64,000 nt of DNA from Eledone cirrhosa (taxonomy: Eukaryota). The DNA lies in assembly GCA_964016885.1 (NCBI GenBank), contig OZ024740.1, positions 395,436,001 through 395,500,000 of the forward strand. The letters are read 5' to 3'. The position numbers and the translations under genes are program-made. Below, piece by piece: positions 13,103 to 26,780 of this stretch (the stretch's first letter is position 1; each line of letters begins with the position of its first letter). Below the pieces are notes generated by a model. The model made no database searches. It worked only from the letters and a program-made list of their open reading frames with translations, and was not told the DNA's origin.

Positions 13103-14658
13103 TTAATTTTTTTATAGCCTTAGAATAGAGGATGATACATTTTAATTCAATGAACCATAGCATCATGGCTTGTTTCTATATATGCAATGTTGAGTAGTTG
13201 TAAAAGGTGGTGTAGTTTAGTACAATATAGTATATGTCATAAGTGGTCTATATTTTGTCAACTCTGGAGGAATGAACAGCAAAGTTAACCCTTGCTAGGT
13301 CTCAAAACATAAAGGAATATGAATAATGTAGAGTTCAACACATGTTTAAACAAAGTATCTGTAAACACTAATACATTGGCATACCAAATATCCTGGTCTG
13401 GTGGGTCTGTATCAGTGAATCATTTAGTTTACTAATTTGTCCTGGTTGACACTGAATTGTCTCTGAATATCTTGGAAAAGCATTAACTCCAAAATAAGAA
13501 ATGCGAAAGTTTAAAATCTGCATAGGATCATGACTTGATGTCAACAGGAAATAATTTTATAAATTTTGTGTTTACATCAAAATTGTGATGCATATTTAGC
13601 TGAAATATTGGTTTGGTTGAAGTTGCCTCTTTTGGTGGTTGTGATTGGTCATTGTGGTTGAAGTGTTAGTGAAATGTTGTTTGATGTTTTGCTGTGTGTT
13701 GTTCAAAACCAATCAATCCCATGATGAATTTAAACAGACCAGCAAGGTATACCAGACTGGCAATTTCAATATTTTTATTCATTTGATGATGTACGACACC
13801 ATATCCAAAATATATCACTAAATATAACAGAATATTTACAAGACTTGATATAACAGAGACATAACTGATTGTTAAATATATTGTTCATTGATTAAAGCAT
13901 TTTGTTGTGATATGTGGAATTTGTGAGTGAATGCAGGAATGTGAAGATGTTGGTTGAGATAAAATGTTGCCTTGCTCAAAACAGATTTACTGGCCCAGCT
14001 ATAGTAATGACTTAATAAACAGCAACTTCTACAGTCAAGCAAGAGCTATGAACTCTTATCATTGACCCACAGAGTGAGAAGAAGAGCATGACGCCAGCTT
14101 AGATATCCTGGGATTTCATCATAGCTATTTCTGGTTATGACATTATAGCTATTTTTAGTGGTTTATGTTTCATATCTGTAGATTTACCTGTGATAATTTT
14201 GCTACATATATGTTCAATAAAATGATTGGTTGATGTTTCTGGCATATTTTCAGACCGTCGAATTTCTTTGTTTTTTTTTTTAGTGAATGCCCACTCAGAA
14301 TTTGTTTTCATCATAACTTTCTTAATAATACATATTTTTAATGAAATTTTGTAGAAATATGTTTTTTAAAGTGTAGATTACATTGATAAAATTCAGTTTT
14401 TTTCTTTTCATTCAGAAAGAAAAGAAGTTATAAATATTTTGCTTAATTTAGGAAACTCTCAATTAGTCGAGTTGCCAGTTGAAGTATTTTAAGAAAATAA
14501 TTATTTGATTGATTTATTAGAAGTTAGATCATAAGATTTTTAGAGTAATAAATTGCCTTGGTGGTTAATGCATTATATTATACATAGTGTTGTTGCAATT
14601 TTATATTCTTTACAGTTATTAGATCTCTGTTGAATATAGGTAAATATCAGCGTATAAT

Positions 14659-14842
14659 ATTGTTTCTACTTTTGGCACAAGGCCAGCAATTATCCCAGTG
14701 TATTACTGGTACTTTATTTTATCGACCCCGTAAGGATGAAAGGCAAAGTTAACCTCGGCGGGATTTGAACTCAGACCATAAAGGGCCATAACTCTTTGCT
14801 GCAAAGCATGGCGCCCGGCCCTCTACCGATACTGCCAATCCA
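14659..14842 (-). mobile_element. tRNA-head SINE
   Basis: Reverse complement of the 26951-27140 element: A box TGGCAGTATCGG, B box GAGTTCAAATCCC, central ctttcatcctt.cggggtcgataaaataaagtacc domain. Confidence 0.8.
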
Positions 14843-15039
14843 ATATTGTTTATATATAGGATTCCCATATTTCCTGGTTTAGATGTGTCACTGTTTAAAA
14901 TTGTCCTGGTTTAGGGCTTGACAATTTTTATCCTGCTAACACATAAAAAAAGTAAATTTGATCAACTGAACTATCTCTTCCTTGAATTAGCATATGGAGC
15001 TGAATATTTCAGACATGTGTACCCTGAAGTAATCTTTAA

Positions 15040-15235
15040 CCTTTTAGCATTTCCATTACTCTATATATACTATTACATTTCACTGTAAATAATTATCTCA
15101 TAATATTGAATCTACGAGATTTTGATATTATTTATTTTGAGAACAATACCTTAACATCAATATGGTTATTGCCAGTTTAAACAGAAAGAGGTGAGAAAAT
15201 TCTGGCCAGATATGGCTGGTTTAAATGCTAAAGGG
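15040..15235. mobile_element. piggyBac-like MITE, copy 3 (opposite orientation)
   Basis: ttaa-CCTTTTAGCATTT...AAATGCTAAAGGG. Internal sequence is the reverse complement of copies 1 and 2. Confidence 0.75.
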
Positions 15236-15560
15236 ATAATATTGATACCATGTATCCCAGTACAGTGTGGTAGGCTACTGGTAGAAGTGATAGGTGAGTA
15301 GTAGATGGGAGAAAACAGAAAATAATGTATTTTTATTTATTACTAGACCACTCTTAGAATATTTATTACTAAACCATCAAAAATATGTTTTTTTTAAATC
15401 ATGTTCACTTAAAAATAATTTTTAAATAATTAAAATATACACAGACATGTATATAATGTGAAATGAAACTGGAAGGCCCATATATTTACGTGTGTGTATG
15501 TATATATGTGTATGTGTGTGTATGTATGTGGGTGCCTGTGATCTATATACACTGGTTATA

Positions 15561-15612
<52 letters not shown>

Positions 15613-17439
15613 CACACACACTCACATATACACAACACCACCAGCTCTCTCTCTCTCTTCCATTCTCCTTCTCTGTCTCTTCTCCCTCTTTCTATGTCTC
15701 TCTTTCAATCTACTCTCTCACAACCACTATCTCTTTCTTTCTATCCTTCTCTCTTTCTCTGTTTATGAAGGTACCCAGAAAACCCCATATTTCGGGAACC
15801 CATGCTTCGATTTACGCGAAACTTGTTTTATTCCATTTGTATTCCCATTTCCAGATCAACTTCCTTTCAAAGTGTTTTCCCATTATGCACCCTTTTGGCT
15901 GTATTACATTACAGACAAGCAAGCAATCATAGACTTTTAGTAAAATATAGATTTTACACATGTGAAGCCACTTTAAGGAATGGGAGAAATGAGAAAAAGG
16001 AATACTGTTGTTTTGTTGTTTATAGCACTAAGTCAGCTTTTTTTTAGTAGACTTATGATCATATGGGTTCCAGCCATGACCATCTTGTCTTTTATTCACA
16101 GATTGTGTATGTAGGGCTGCATTGTCTAATATATCCAATATGTCTATTAATATTTAAGATAGTATGGTGAGATTTGATGAACATTTGACTGATATTACTA
16201 GTAGGTTGTGCAACCACATAGAGGCCTGTCTCATTGACTCACTGGCCAGCTGTGTATAAATAGTTTCACATTATTAATTTCCAACAACAGTTCTGTAAAT
16301 TAATAATGCAGAACTATTTATAGACTGCCGGACTTTAATTCAAAGATCTTTTGACCTGATGTTACATTCATTAAACCAAAACTACAAAGGATGTTGCTTT
16401 CATTCATTCATATCAAATCTACTCTTCATTGAATCAGATCGAGGTCAGTGACTTACTGTATCTGATTAGTTACTGATAAATGAATGACTGAATGTCTATT
16501 GACTGTCTGTCTGTCTAAGACCTACTTTGGTTTACCTCCACTCAGTAATCTAGTTAGAAGTTTAGGTCTTTCAGTCATCCAGTTTGTATGAGCATATATA
16601 CATGATGTGTGTGTGTGTGTATGTGTGTGTATGTGTGTGTGTATGTATTTGTGGATGTTGGATCTCCATCAGTTTCGCTGATGAATGTTCCAGTTATTCG
16701 AACAACACAACAGTCTGCTCATGAAATGAACATACAAATAGTTAAGCACTCCATAGACACGTGCACCACTCACTCCAGGAATTGAACTCATGACATTATG
16801 TTTCTGAGCCAATTCCCTAATCACTAAATCATACATAAATATAAACATCTGTACATTTATACATATATATATATATATACAATCACATACATGTGTGAGA
16901 GTGTGAATATGTTTATGCACAAACAAATGTTCGCCATCTGCTCGAGCGATGCGGTATGGGTTTCTGGAAATTGTGCTGTCCATGTTTGTCTTTCAGTGGC
17001 TACAGATAAGAGGCTCGCCACACCTCCTTATAGTATTTTTATTGTGACAGCATCACTATGAAGGTTGATAGTGGCAGCTGTCTAAAGAGCCCATCCTACC
17101 CATGAGACCTGCTATACCCTGCCAGATGTCAATCTGGAATTTCAATACAGCAGGGTTGGTTTTTATCAAGCGTCCCTTTTCTAGATGGGCTACCTTTACC
17201 ATGGCTGTGGAGTCCCATCCAGCCCTGAGCTGAAATAGATTGTATTGTTAACACAGCATATAAATGGCACTCATCTGATGTGATTGTGTCCACTATTTCC
17301 ATCTCAAGGGGTTATATGCCGAACTTGTTCAACTATTTTTCATAGTCAAAACCTACATTGTAGCAGCTTATAACAAGTTAGCATACTTTCAGAATTCAGA
17401 TTTGCTCACTGCAATAAATCAATTGATTTTTTTATCATC

Positions 17440-17880
17440 ACCTTCATCATCATCATTTTTATGTCCATTTTTCTTTGCTTGCATGGGTTGGATGGGTCCC
17501 TTTTAGCACAACATCTCTCCACTAAGCTCATTTCTTCATCATCTCCTCTATGAGTCACAGTGATTTGAGGTCAGCTCCCACCACCTCTGCCCAGGTCTTT
17601 TTCAGTTTACCTCTACTGTGGCTTCTGTCCACTGGCATTTCCTCGCACCTCTTCACCCATCAACCATCATCCATATGCATCACATGTCTGTATGAATGCA
17701 GTCTTCTCTGTTGCACACCACTTCAGATTCGTTTTAAATCCAGCTTCTCCCTCAGTTCATCCAAGTTCTACCTTTTTCTCATTTTTACGTTACTCATCCA
17801 ATGAAGCATGGCTACTTCATTTCTCTCCAGCCTACACATATTCTGCAGTCACTGTTCATGTTTCACTACCATGCAACATC
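17440..17880 (-). pseudogene. Old, degraded RTE 3' end with (GAT)n-type tail
   Basis: Reverse strand shows remnants of MLHGSETW, RRLH..GHV and RGKLKKTW, then the terminal cccatgcaagc...ggac motif and the gat tail. Confidence 0.55.
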
Positions 17881-17999
17881 ATATATATATATTCCTCATA
17901 CATCAAAATCAATGAGAAAGTCCATAAAATATATATTTAACATTGCTCCAGTTTACTCAGCTGTAGAAATGAGATGATAGGACTGGGGTCCCTATCATT

Positions 18000-18210
18000 C
18001 CACTGCAAAGTGGTTGTGTAGTTGCCATGGCAAAAAAGCACCCAGCCCACACTGTAAAGGGGACATGTAGGCGCCACGTAAAAAAAGCACCCAGCACTCA
18101 CTGTAAATGAGGTTGGTGTTAGGAAGGGCATCCAGCTGTAGAAATCAAGCCAGAATCAGTTCCCATCCCACCCTTGCAAGCAGGGAACGGACGTAAAATG
18201 ATGATGATGA
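18000..18210 (+). mobile_element. RTE subfamily B 3'-UTR fragment with (GAT)n tail
   Basis: cactgcaaagtgg...ttaggaagggcatccagctgtagaaa...gaacggacgtaaaatgatgatgat. Confidence 0.75.
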
Positions 18211-18479
18211 TATATACATTCAAAGCTAAAGATTCACTCTGTTGGGACACAGAGTTTCTCCCTGTTTGTAATCGTTCAAGTGATTAATATAAATAGAGGA
18301 ATTCAATAAATGCATACAACAACAAATTGTTTGATGTTTGTTGGTCAGTATTGGCTAAAAGATAAGAAGCTCAAGAAGATACATGGCAGGTTGTTGATAG
18401 ATAAATGGTGGAGAACTTCTTGTAAAAATAGTAAAATGGTATATCTGCCTGAAATGTCAAGAGGTATTTGTCTATACAT

Positions 18480-19090
18480 CGATAATATTTAGTATTTCCT
18501 GCTTCACAAAATGTTGCGTCAGACTCTGAGACATCTCTGTTAAGAATATGTTGCATCTCTTTGATCCATGTAGACACAAGGTTGCAGTTTTAACAATCTA
18601 CACTTGATAGAGGTGTTGATAATTCTGATGACCTTCAGTTTCTAGATGTATTGGCAGAGATAGATTGGGTTATGATGTGTGTCTCTGGTTTTAAATGTAT
18701 TTTCCTTGAGGTTAGTGTAATCTTTTCATAACATTGGCAGTTGTTATCTTTACTGTGTACAGATGCACCTTCATAGGTACATGCTCTTTATTGGAAATGG
18801 TGTTATATTTCAGCTATTGCATTCTGGTTGATGTGATGCAGTGTTTTTTGTTTGTTTTTTGTTGTTGTTTTTTGTATGTCTTTAGTTGTTGTTAGATATT
18901 TGAGATGTGATATTCTTTAAGCTTATTAGAAACAGGAAATTGTAAAATGGATTGGATTCTAAATATTTGCTATAGAAAGTGCTAAAACTTTCAGCATAGC
19001 TTTCTTTTAACCTCCTGACATAACTAGATAGAGCTACAGATTTTCTCCTATGTTCATTCCGGAAAGAGAAAGTTTTTCAAAATGCCTTCT
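18480..19090 (-). pseudogene. Highly degraded PLE GIY-YIG remnants
   Basis: Minus-strand fragments translate to ENTFKTR.THH, LCQYI*KLK and SFRNEHRRKSVALSSYVRRLKEK, resembling the GIY-YIG C-terminal half of the intact PLEs in this window. Confidence 0.35.
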
Positions 19091-19219
19091 GTCATAGCAT
19101 GATCATCATCATTTTACATCTGCTTTTTGATGCTTGCAGAGCCTACCTCCTCTTTCAGCAGTCCTGCATCATCTCTATGAGGTTACAATACTCAATTTTT
19201 TAATCAAAGAACCTCTCAA

Positions 19220-19407
19220 TAATTGTTTCTATTTTTGGCACAAGGCCAGCAATTATACCAGTGCATTACTGGTACTTTATTTTTTCGACCCCGTAAGGAT
19301 GAAAGGCAAAATTAACCTCGTCAGGATTTGAACTCAGACCGTAAAGGGACGTAACTCTATGCTGCAAAGCATGGCGTCTGGCCCTCTACTGATACTGGCA
19401 ATCCACC
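19220..19407 (-). mobile_element. tRNA-head SINE
   Basis: Same family as 14659-14842 and 26951-27140. Confidence 0.8.
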
Positions 19408-20329
19408 TCTTAACAATGAAATCATGATCACTATTATCCCTTGTAATTATTCTCACCATCACTGTACACCCAAATCCCATCCCTAAAATCTCAACATCTA
19501 CACAACCTATCCACCTAAATTCTGACACACCAATTTTAACCCTAACCTCTTTATATATCGTCAGATCTCCGTCATTTCTGATGATGAGTGCTCCAGTTGA
19601 TTCAATGAAAGGATCAGGCTACTTGTGATATTAACGTGCAAATATCTGAGAATTCCACAGACACATACACCCTTCACATAGTTCTCAGAGAGATTCAATA
19701 TGTAACTATGTTAACCTCTTGAATTAGAGTTACAACTCATTTTTACCAGCTGAGTAGATTGTGAGACCAGCACCTTAACTACAAAGCTACTTGCAAGTTT
19801 GTGTTTTTAATGAACACACATTTAGCCACTATGTGAAAAGTAGGTGCTATGGTTAAACCACAGCTTTTTCTCTCTGTAGCCAGAAAATGAGATCAATTTA
19901 ACTAGCTTTTGGATTTATTAACACCTTACCAAAGATTGATTATTCATTTCTTGTCCACAGAGAGAAGTAATTTATAGCTATTTATAATATATACTAACTC
20001 AAGCTGAACTAAATTGGTCTACCTAATTTCATAACAATAGCAAATATTGGCAATGGGAATGAATTACTAAATTGATCCACTACACAGTGATAGGATGATT
20101 AGAAATATAAGGTAAATTTATAAGCATGTATTTTTAGTAAACATACATTTAGCCTTGCTGTATAAATAACTGTATGGTGCCTTCATTATTGTTAGAAATG
20201 CTATACTTTACTCATTCACAAATTTTCTTCTAATAAAACCAAAATATAAGTTTAGCTTTCATAAATATACCAATATTATCAAGTATCTTCTTTGATGAAA
20301 CTTTCTTTCGTTATATCCACCTACATGTG

Positions 20330-20660
20330 TATTTCCGGGTACAAGCCGAAGCTGAAGCATATAGGCAATATGCCCCACACCCTCCCACTGCAAAGTGGTC
20401 GTGGAGGTGCCACGGCAAAAAAGCACCCAGCCCACACTGTAAAGTGGACGTGTAGGCACCACAGAAAAAAAGCACCCAGCACTCACTGTAAATGAGGTTG
20501 GTGTTAGGAAGGGCATCCAGCTGTAGAAAGCAAGCCAGATTCAGTTCCCGTATGAGCAAGGCATGGTCAGCCGACTGGACACTGCTCACAACAGGACAAC
20601 CTGTCTAACCCATGCTAGCGTGGAAGAACGGACGTAAAACGGGGATAATGATGAGGATGA
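20330..20660 (+). mobile_element. RTE subfamily B 3' UTR with tail
   Basis: Matches the reverse complement of 23560-23850 and 54680-54980. Confidence 0.8.
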
Positions 20661-20707
20661 TATATATACACTCACACCTATGTATCATCATCATATATAT
20701 ACACACC

Positions 20708-20748
<41 letters not shown>

Positions 20749-21135
20749 CTATGTATATATATATATGTGTAAGTATGAATATGGGAATTGTGTGTATATG
20801 TATTTTGTAGAGGTGTGCAAATATATTTGTGTGTGAATGCGTGGGTGAAAGGATACGTACACTTGAAAGAAAAATTTAAGTCTGAATGTTAATTAAGTGC
20901 AAACACAAAACCAACCACGCATATCTTCACTATCTCTAATCCTTCTATAGATTTAGAAAAATAACCAATAATATATTCTATAAAAAATGTCAAAACAACA
21001 GATGGGAATCTAATTACTCACTGCCACCAAGAATTCTCACTGCTATCGAAAAACCACTCCTTCAACTATTCTTCTAACAACTTCACCCCTCCCTCCTAAT
21101 ATTCTCTATAAAAACTAAATAGGTCCTCAGTAATA

Positions 21136-21252
21136 TTATTCTGATGAAATGACAGTAAATAATAACATTGAAATATTGAATGTCTGCGTAACTAAAAGTT
21201 TGTAGATAGCTGTTTTAGGTTATGTAACTGTTATAGAAACACGTGTCAATAA
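21136..21252 (+). ncRNA. Type I hammerhead ribozyme with extended (~88-nt) stem II
   Basis: ttatt CTGATGA a-atgacagt...actgttat-a GAAA cacgtg TC aataa: stem I ttatt/aataa, palindromic stem III cacgtg, GUC triplet. Confidence 0.75.
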
Positions 21253-21315
21253 ATTCCTTTCAACTAAACTGTATCCATTCAAATCTTTCTATATATATAT
21301 ATATATATACACACC

Positions 21316-21356
<41 letters not shown>

Positions 21357-21376
21357 CTGTGTATATATATATATAT

Positions 21377-23038
21377 CTTAGCTTTGTTGACTTGGAGAAA
21401 GCCTTCGACAGAGTCCCCCGTTCCATTATCTGGTGGGCTCTTAGAAAACTAGGTGTTGACGAATGGCTTGTGAGAGCTATACAAGCCATGTATAAAGAAA
21501 CAGTCAGCAAGGTTAGAATTAACAACGAATATAGTGAAGAGTTTAGCGTAAAAGTTGGTGTCCATCAGGGCTCTGTTCTTAGCCCCCTACTATTTATTAT
21601 TGCCCTTCAGGCTATAACAGAGGAGTTCAAGACTGGCTGCCCATGGGAACTCCTATACGCAGATGATCTAACGCTCATAGCTGAATCAATGACCGAACTA
21701 GAGAAGAAATTCCAAACATGGAAGCACGGCCTAGAATCAAAAGGCCTTAAAATTAACCTGGCTAAGACTAAAGTTCTAGTTTGTAGGAAAGAAAATAAGG
21801 TGGCGGTCCCTTCCGGGAAATGGCCATGCTCAGTGTGTAGGAAAGGCGTAGGTAGAAACTCCATTTTATGTCCCAAATGCAAAGTATGGGTGCATAAAAG
21901 ATGTAGTGGGATCACAGGTAAGCTAACTAAGAACATAGATTTTACATGTGGCCGGTGCTCTGGTGCAATAAGTAGCAGCAAGTGCCCACAAAATACTAGC
22001 TCATTCCATTGCACAGATGGTTCTATAGAAATAGTGGACACCTTCCGTTACCTGGGTGACAAAATCAGCAGTGGGGAAAGGTGCTCTGAAAGTACAGTAG
22101 CTAGAGTCAGAACTGGATGGAAAAAGTTCAGAGAGCTTATACCACTATTAGCCGCTAAAGGGTTCTCCCTAAAAATGAAAGGCAGGTTATACGATGCCTG
22201 CATACGAACAGCAATGCTGCATGGCAGTGAGACCTGGGCATTGTGTGCAGAGGATATACGCAGACTAGAGAGGAACGAAGCTTGCATGCTCCGCTGGATG
22301 TGCAATAGTAATATACGTGAACGGCTAAGCATAAACGAACTAAGGAAAAAATTAGAAATAAGAGGGATCAGATGTTGTTTACTGGAGAGAAGGCTACGTT
22401 GGTATGGTCACGTGATGCGCATGAAAGACGACAGCTGTATAACAAAGTGCAGGGCAATAAAGATAGATGGTAGCCACGGAGTAGGCAGACCCAGAAAAAC
22501 CTGGGACGACATGATAAATTCCGACCTCACACGCTTACACCTCTCCAAGTAAAAACCTACTACAGTCAGTAGGCATCTCTATCAAAACACCCCCCCCCCC
22601 CGTCCCACCACCTCCACCCCATCCACACCGCCCCTTTCAATGTAAAGTTATGTTGGTGCCACAACATCCAGGCCGAAACAAATGAGATCGTGTAGGTGTC
22701 ACGACAAAAAAACACACAGTCCACGCTGTAAATGTGGCCGTGTAGGCAACACGGTAAAAACCTCCCAGCCCCACACTGTAAATGTGGTTGGTGTTAGGAA
22801 GGGCATCCAGCTGTATAAAACCCGCCAGACAGTCCACGCTGTAATGTGGCCGTGTAGGCAACATGGTAAAAACCTCCCAGCCCCACACTGTAAATGTGGT
22901 TGGTGTTAGGAAGGGCATCCAGCTGTAGAAAACCCGCCAGACAGTCCTATGCGAGCAAGACAACCACTCTTGCTTCAAGTGGGAAAACCCCCGTCCAAAC
23001 CCATGCAAGTGTGGAACACGGACGCTAAACCTTGATGA

Positions 23039-23042
<4 letters not shown>
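21377..23042 (+). mobile_element. 5'-truncated RTE subfamily A (RT C-half, PHD-type finger, 3' UTR, (GAT)n tail) between (TA)n tracts
   Basis: ORF 21317-22552: FVDLEKAFD, QGSVLSP, YADD, C4HC3 finger, RRLRWYGHV. A small deletion removes the ORF end. The 3' UTR has a duplicated module. Confidence 0.93.
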
Positions 23043-23086
<44 letters not shown>

Positions 23087-23134
23087 AATGAATATTAACA
23101 GGTAGACATCATAAAAAGGTAATTTATTCCATGT

Positions 23135-23244
23135 GCTTACAAATGTTTCCACAGTGGTACTACAGCCTAGTTATGCTATGTGCAAATTTACAACTATTTG
23201 CAGAACTCAAATATCCAATGCTGTGACCACTGTATCCTCAGAGG
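23135..23244 (-). ncRNA. Hammerhead ribozyme with long stem II
   Basis: Minus strand: ct CTGAGGA tacagtggt-cacagc...gctgt-agt-accactgtg GAAA catttg TA ag. Nine-bp base of stem II; stem I only 2 bp. Confidence 0.65.
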
Positions 23245-23414
23245 AGAATAATTAACCATTACTACATCTAGGATAATCCTATACCTAATATATATATATG
23301 ATTACAGTTTCTCAGAGAATTAATAACACAACCAGGAGCTGGACATATCCTTGTATTGACAGAGTAAAACACACTTCAACAACATGTGTACCTGTCTTTC
23401 CCACACCAATTCGG

Positions 23415-23469
23415 ACTGGCTGAAGAGGTCACAGCCAATCATGGCTGTCACCGAAATATATATAGCAGT
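23415..23469 (+). ncRNA. Hammerhead ribozyme of the 44.6/46.9-kb PLE pLTR family
   Basis: actgg CTGAAGA ggtcacagcca-atca-tggctgtcacc GAAA tatata TA gcagt. Surrounding 23310-23525 aligns to the pLTR at 46810-47020. Confidence 0.75.
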
Positions 23470-23538
23470 ATATCTATAATTTATAATATACAAAGCCAAA
23501 TTTTACATATTTGACTTAATTATTTTATATATATATAT

Positions 23539-26500
23539 CATCATTATCATCATCATCACCGTTTTACGTCCGTTCTTCCACGCTAGCATGGGTTAGACGG
23601 GTTGTCCTGTTGTGGGCAGTGTCTGGTCGGCTGACCATGCCTTGCTCATACAGGAACTGATTTGGCTTGATTTCTACAGCTGGATGCCCTTCCTAACACC
23701 AACCTCATTTAGTGAGTGCTGGGTGCTTTTTCGTGGCGCCTACACGTCCACTTTACAGTGTGGGCTGGGTGCTTTTTTGCCGTGGCACCTCCACGACCAC
23801 CTTGCAGTGGGGGGAGTGGGGCATATTGTTTATATGCTTCAGCATGTACCCATGGGAGGTCGGGTACCCTGTATTACTGCGTGACGCCAGAAGTCACGGT
23901 CGTGTGTCATTGTCTTTGAGAGGTGTAGTTGGGTAAGGTCGGCTTTTATCACCTCAACCCAAGTCATCTTGGGTCTCCCTACTCCGCGGTTTCCATCAAC
24001 TTCTAGTGCTCTGCACCTTTTTATGCAGCTGTCATCCTTCATACGCATCACATGTCCATACCAGCGTAACCGCCTCTCCTGCACGCAGCATTTGATTCCT
24101 CTTATGCTCAGTCTCTCTCTCAATTCCTTTATGCTTTGTCGTTCACGTATATTACTGTTACACATCCATCGGAGCATGCAGGCTTCGTTTCTCTCTCTAA
24201 TCTACGTAAGTCTTCCACCTTCAGCGCCCAGGTCTCACTACCATGCAACATTGCTGTTCGGATACACGCATCATACAGTCTACCTTTCATTCTGAGGGAG
24301 AAGCCTTTTGCAGCTAGCAGTGGTAGTAGTTCCCTAAACTTCTTCCATCCCGTTCTTTCCCTAGTTATTGTACTTTCTGAACACCCACCTCCGTTGCTAA
24401 TTCGGTCACCTAGGTAGCAGAAGCTGTCTACTGTTTCTACAGGGCCCTCCCAGAGATTGGTGGTACTTGTTTCCTGTGGCTGTTTGCTTGCTGTTTCAGC
24501 ACAGCTGCTGCATGTGAATCCTACATTCTTAATTAAGCTTCCTGAGATCCCGCTACATCTCTTGTGTACCCATTGTTTGCATTTGGGGCAGAGAATGGAG
24601 TTCCTACCTACACCTTTCCTACATACTGAGCAAGGCCATTTCCCTGAGGGGATCTGGGTTCTGTTTTCTCGTCTACTTACAAGGACCTTAGTCTTTGTCA
24701 TGTTGACTTTGAGGCCCTTTCTCTCTAGTCCCTGCTTCCAGGTTTGGAATTTATTCTCTAGTTCTACCATAGATTCAGCTATGAGTGTGAGGTCATCAGC
24801 ATACAGGAGTTCCCATGGGCATCCGGTCTTAAACTCCTCCGTTATTGCCTGCAGGACTATGATGAACAGGAGAGGGCTAAGAACAGAGCCCTGGTGGACC
24901 CCAACCTGTACGCTAAATTCCTCGCTATACTCATTGCTAATCCTAACTTTGCTGACTGCTCCCCTATACATGGCTTGTACCGCTTTCACAAGCCATTCAT
25001 CTACTCCTAGTTTTCTAAGAGCCCACCAGATTACTGCACGTGGAACTCTGTCAAAGGCTTTCTCAAGGTCGACAAATGCCAAGTAGAGTGGCTTACTTTT
25101 AGCTAGGTACTTTTCCTGTAATTGCCTCACAAGGAAGAGGGCATCAGTGGTGCCTCTCCCTGGTACAAACCCAAATTGCATCTCGTCTATATTCACCCGG
25201 TCCCTAATCAGCTGTGCTATAACTCTTTCTGTTACTTTCATGACCTGGTCCATCAACTTTATACCTCTATAGTTTCCTCTATCTAGTGCATCGCCTTTAC
25301 CTTTGTAGCAGTTGACAATGATGCTACTGCACCAATCTTTTGGTATGGCCCCTTCTAGTATTACCTGGTTAACGATACGTGTGGTTAGAGTGTGACCTAC
25401 AGACCCAGATGCCTTCAGGATCTCGGCAGCTATACCCGATGGACCGGTTGCCTTCCCCATCTTTATATCTCTGATTGCCTTACTTACTACGCTGCCGCTG
25501 ACTTGTACTGCTGGTCCCTCTATAGGGTCTACATGGGGTAGGGTCTCTTCTTCCCATGCATTCTCCTCATTTAGTAATCTATCATAATGACTCTTCCATG
25601 CATCTTTCTTCTCAGCACTTGTGAGGGCAAGCTCACCTTTATCATTCCGGATACACTTCTCTCCAATGACATCACAACTATCTCTGACACACTGCCTCGC
25701 AATCTTGAATACCTCCTGTTTCTGGTCCTCACGTTGTAAAACATGCTTGAATTTTCTATCCTCTGCTTCCCTCCTAGCTAAGTATACTTGTCGCCTAGCT
25801 TCCCTCTTGGTCTCTATGTAATGTACCCTGCTCCCCCCGTTCTTCCATTCTTTCCATGCCTGTCTCTTGGCCTTGACTGCTTCATCTACCTTATTGTTCC
25901 ACCACCAAGTCACTCTCCTCCTGCTTGAGGTCTTACTCCAGCCACAAACCTCATCCGTCGCCTCTAGTAAGTTATTTTTTAGGAATTCCCAGTTCTCTTC
26001 TACGTTAAATGTCTCTATCTGTTCTTCTTTACTGTCGTAGGTGTTGAGTAAAATATCTTTAAATCTGTTACTGGTTGAGGGGACTTTCAGCTTCCAGATC
26101 TTTCTTCTCCAGGTTGGCCTCTGTTTCAGGGCTCGTCTAGTTCTGACCGTGAGGTCGCTGACAACTAAGCTATGTTGGGATGTACATTCCTCACTAGGGA
26201 AGGCTTTTGTGTTTACGACCGTCCATCTGTCACGTCCTCTGATGAGGATAAAATCTAACTGACTAGAGTGCTCCCCTGATCTATAGGTGATCAGGTGGTT
26301 GTCGGGTTTTTTAAAGTTTGTGTTACATATCGACATGTCATTGGCGTCGCAGAATTCTAGAAGTCTGAATCCTTCCTCATTCCTTGTGCCAACTCCATGG
26401 CCTCCATGTACTCTATTGAAGCTGTCGCAGTGTTTACCTACGTGTCCGTTAAAATCTCCTTCAATGATTAGGAAGTCCTTGTCGTCTGTTAGAGCAGTAG

Positions 26501-26780
26501 TGTGTATTAGGGACTCGTAAAACCTATCCTTAAGTTCGTCTGGCAGCCCCGATTGGGGTGCGTAAGCTGATATTATTGTGGTAATTGTCTTATTCAGGAC
26601 TAGTCTGAGTTTAATGATTCTTGCATTTACCCTGTACACTGAGATTACTTTATCTACCCACTTGTCAGCTAGTAGTATACCTACACCACCCATCCCATCG
26701 TCATTTCCCACCCAGAAAAATTTGTAGCACTGGCTTTTTCCTACAAGGACTCTAGCAGACCCTCCTCTCCATCTAGTCTC
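23539..26780 (-). mobile_element. Near-full-length RTE LINE subfamily B, 5'-truncated inside APE, one frameshift at ~24190, 3' UTR and (GAT)n tail
   Basis: ORF 24129-26807: ETRW, SAYAPQ, GDFNGHVG, DFIL, RT with YADD, PHD-type finger. The C-terminus continues in ORF 23839-24177 after a small insertion in a (CT) run. Flanked by TA/CA repeats. Confidence 0.95.
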
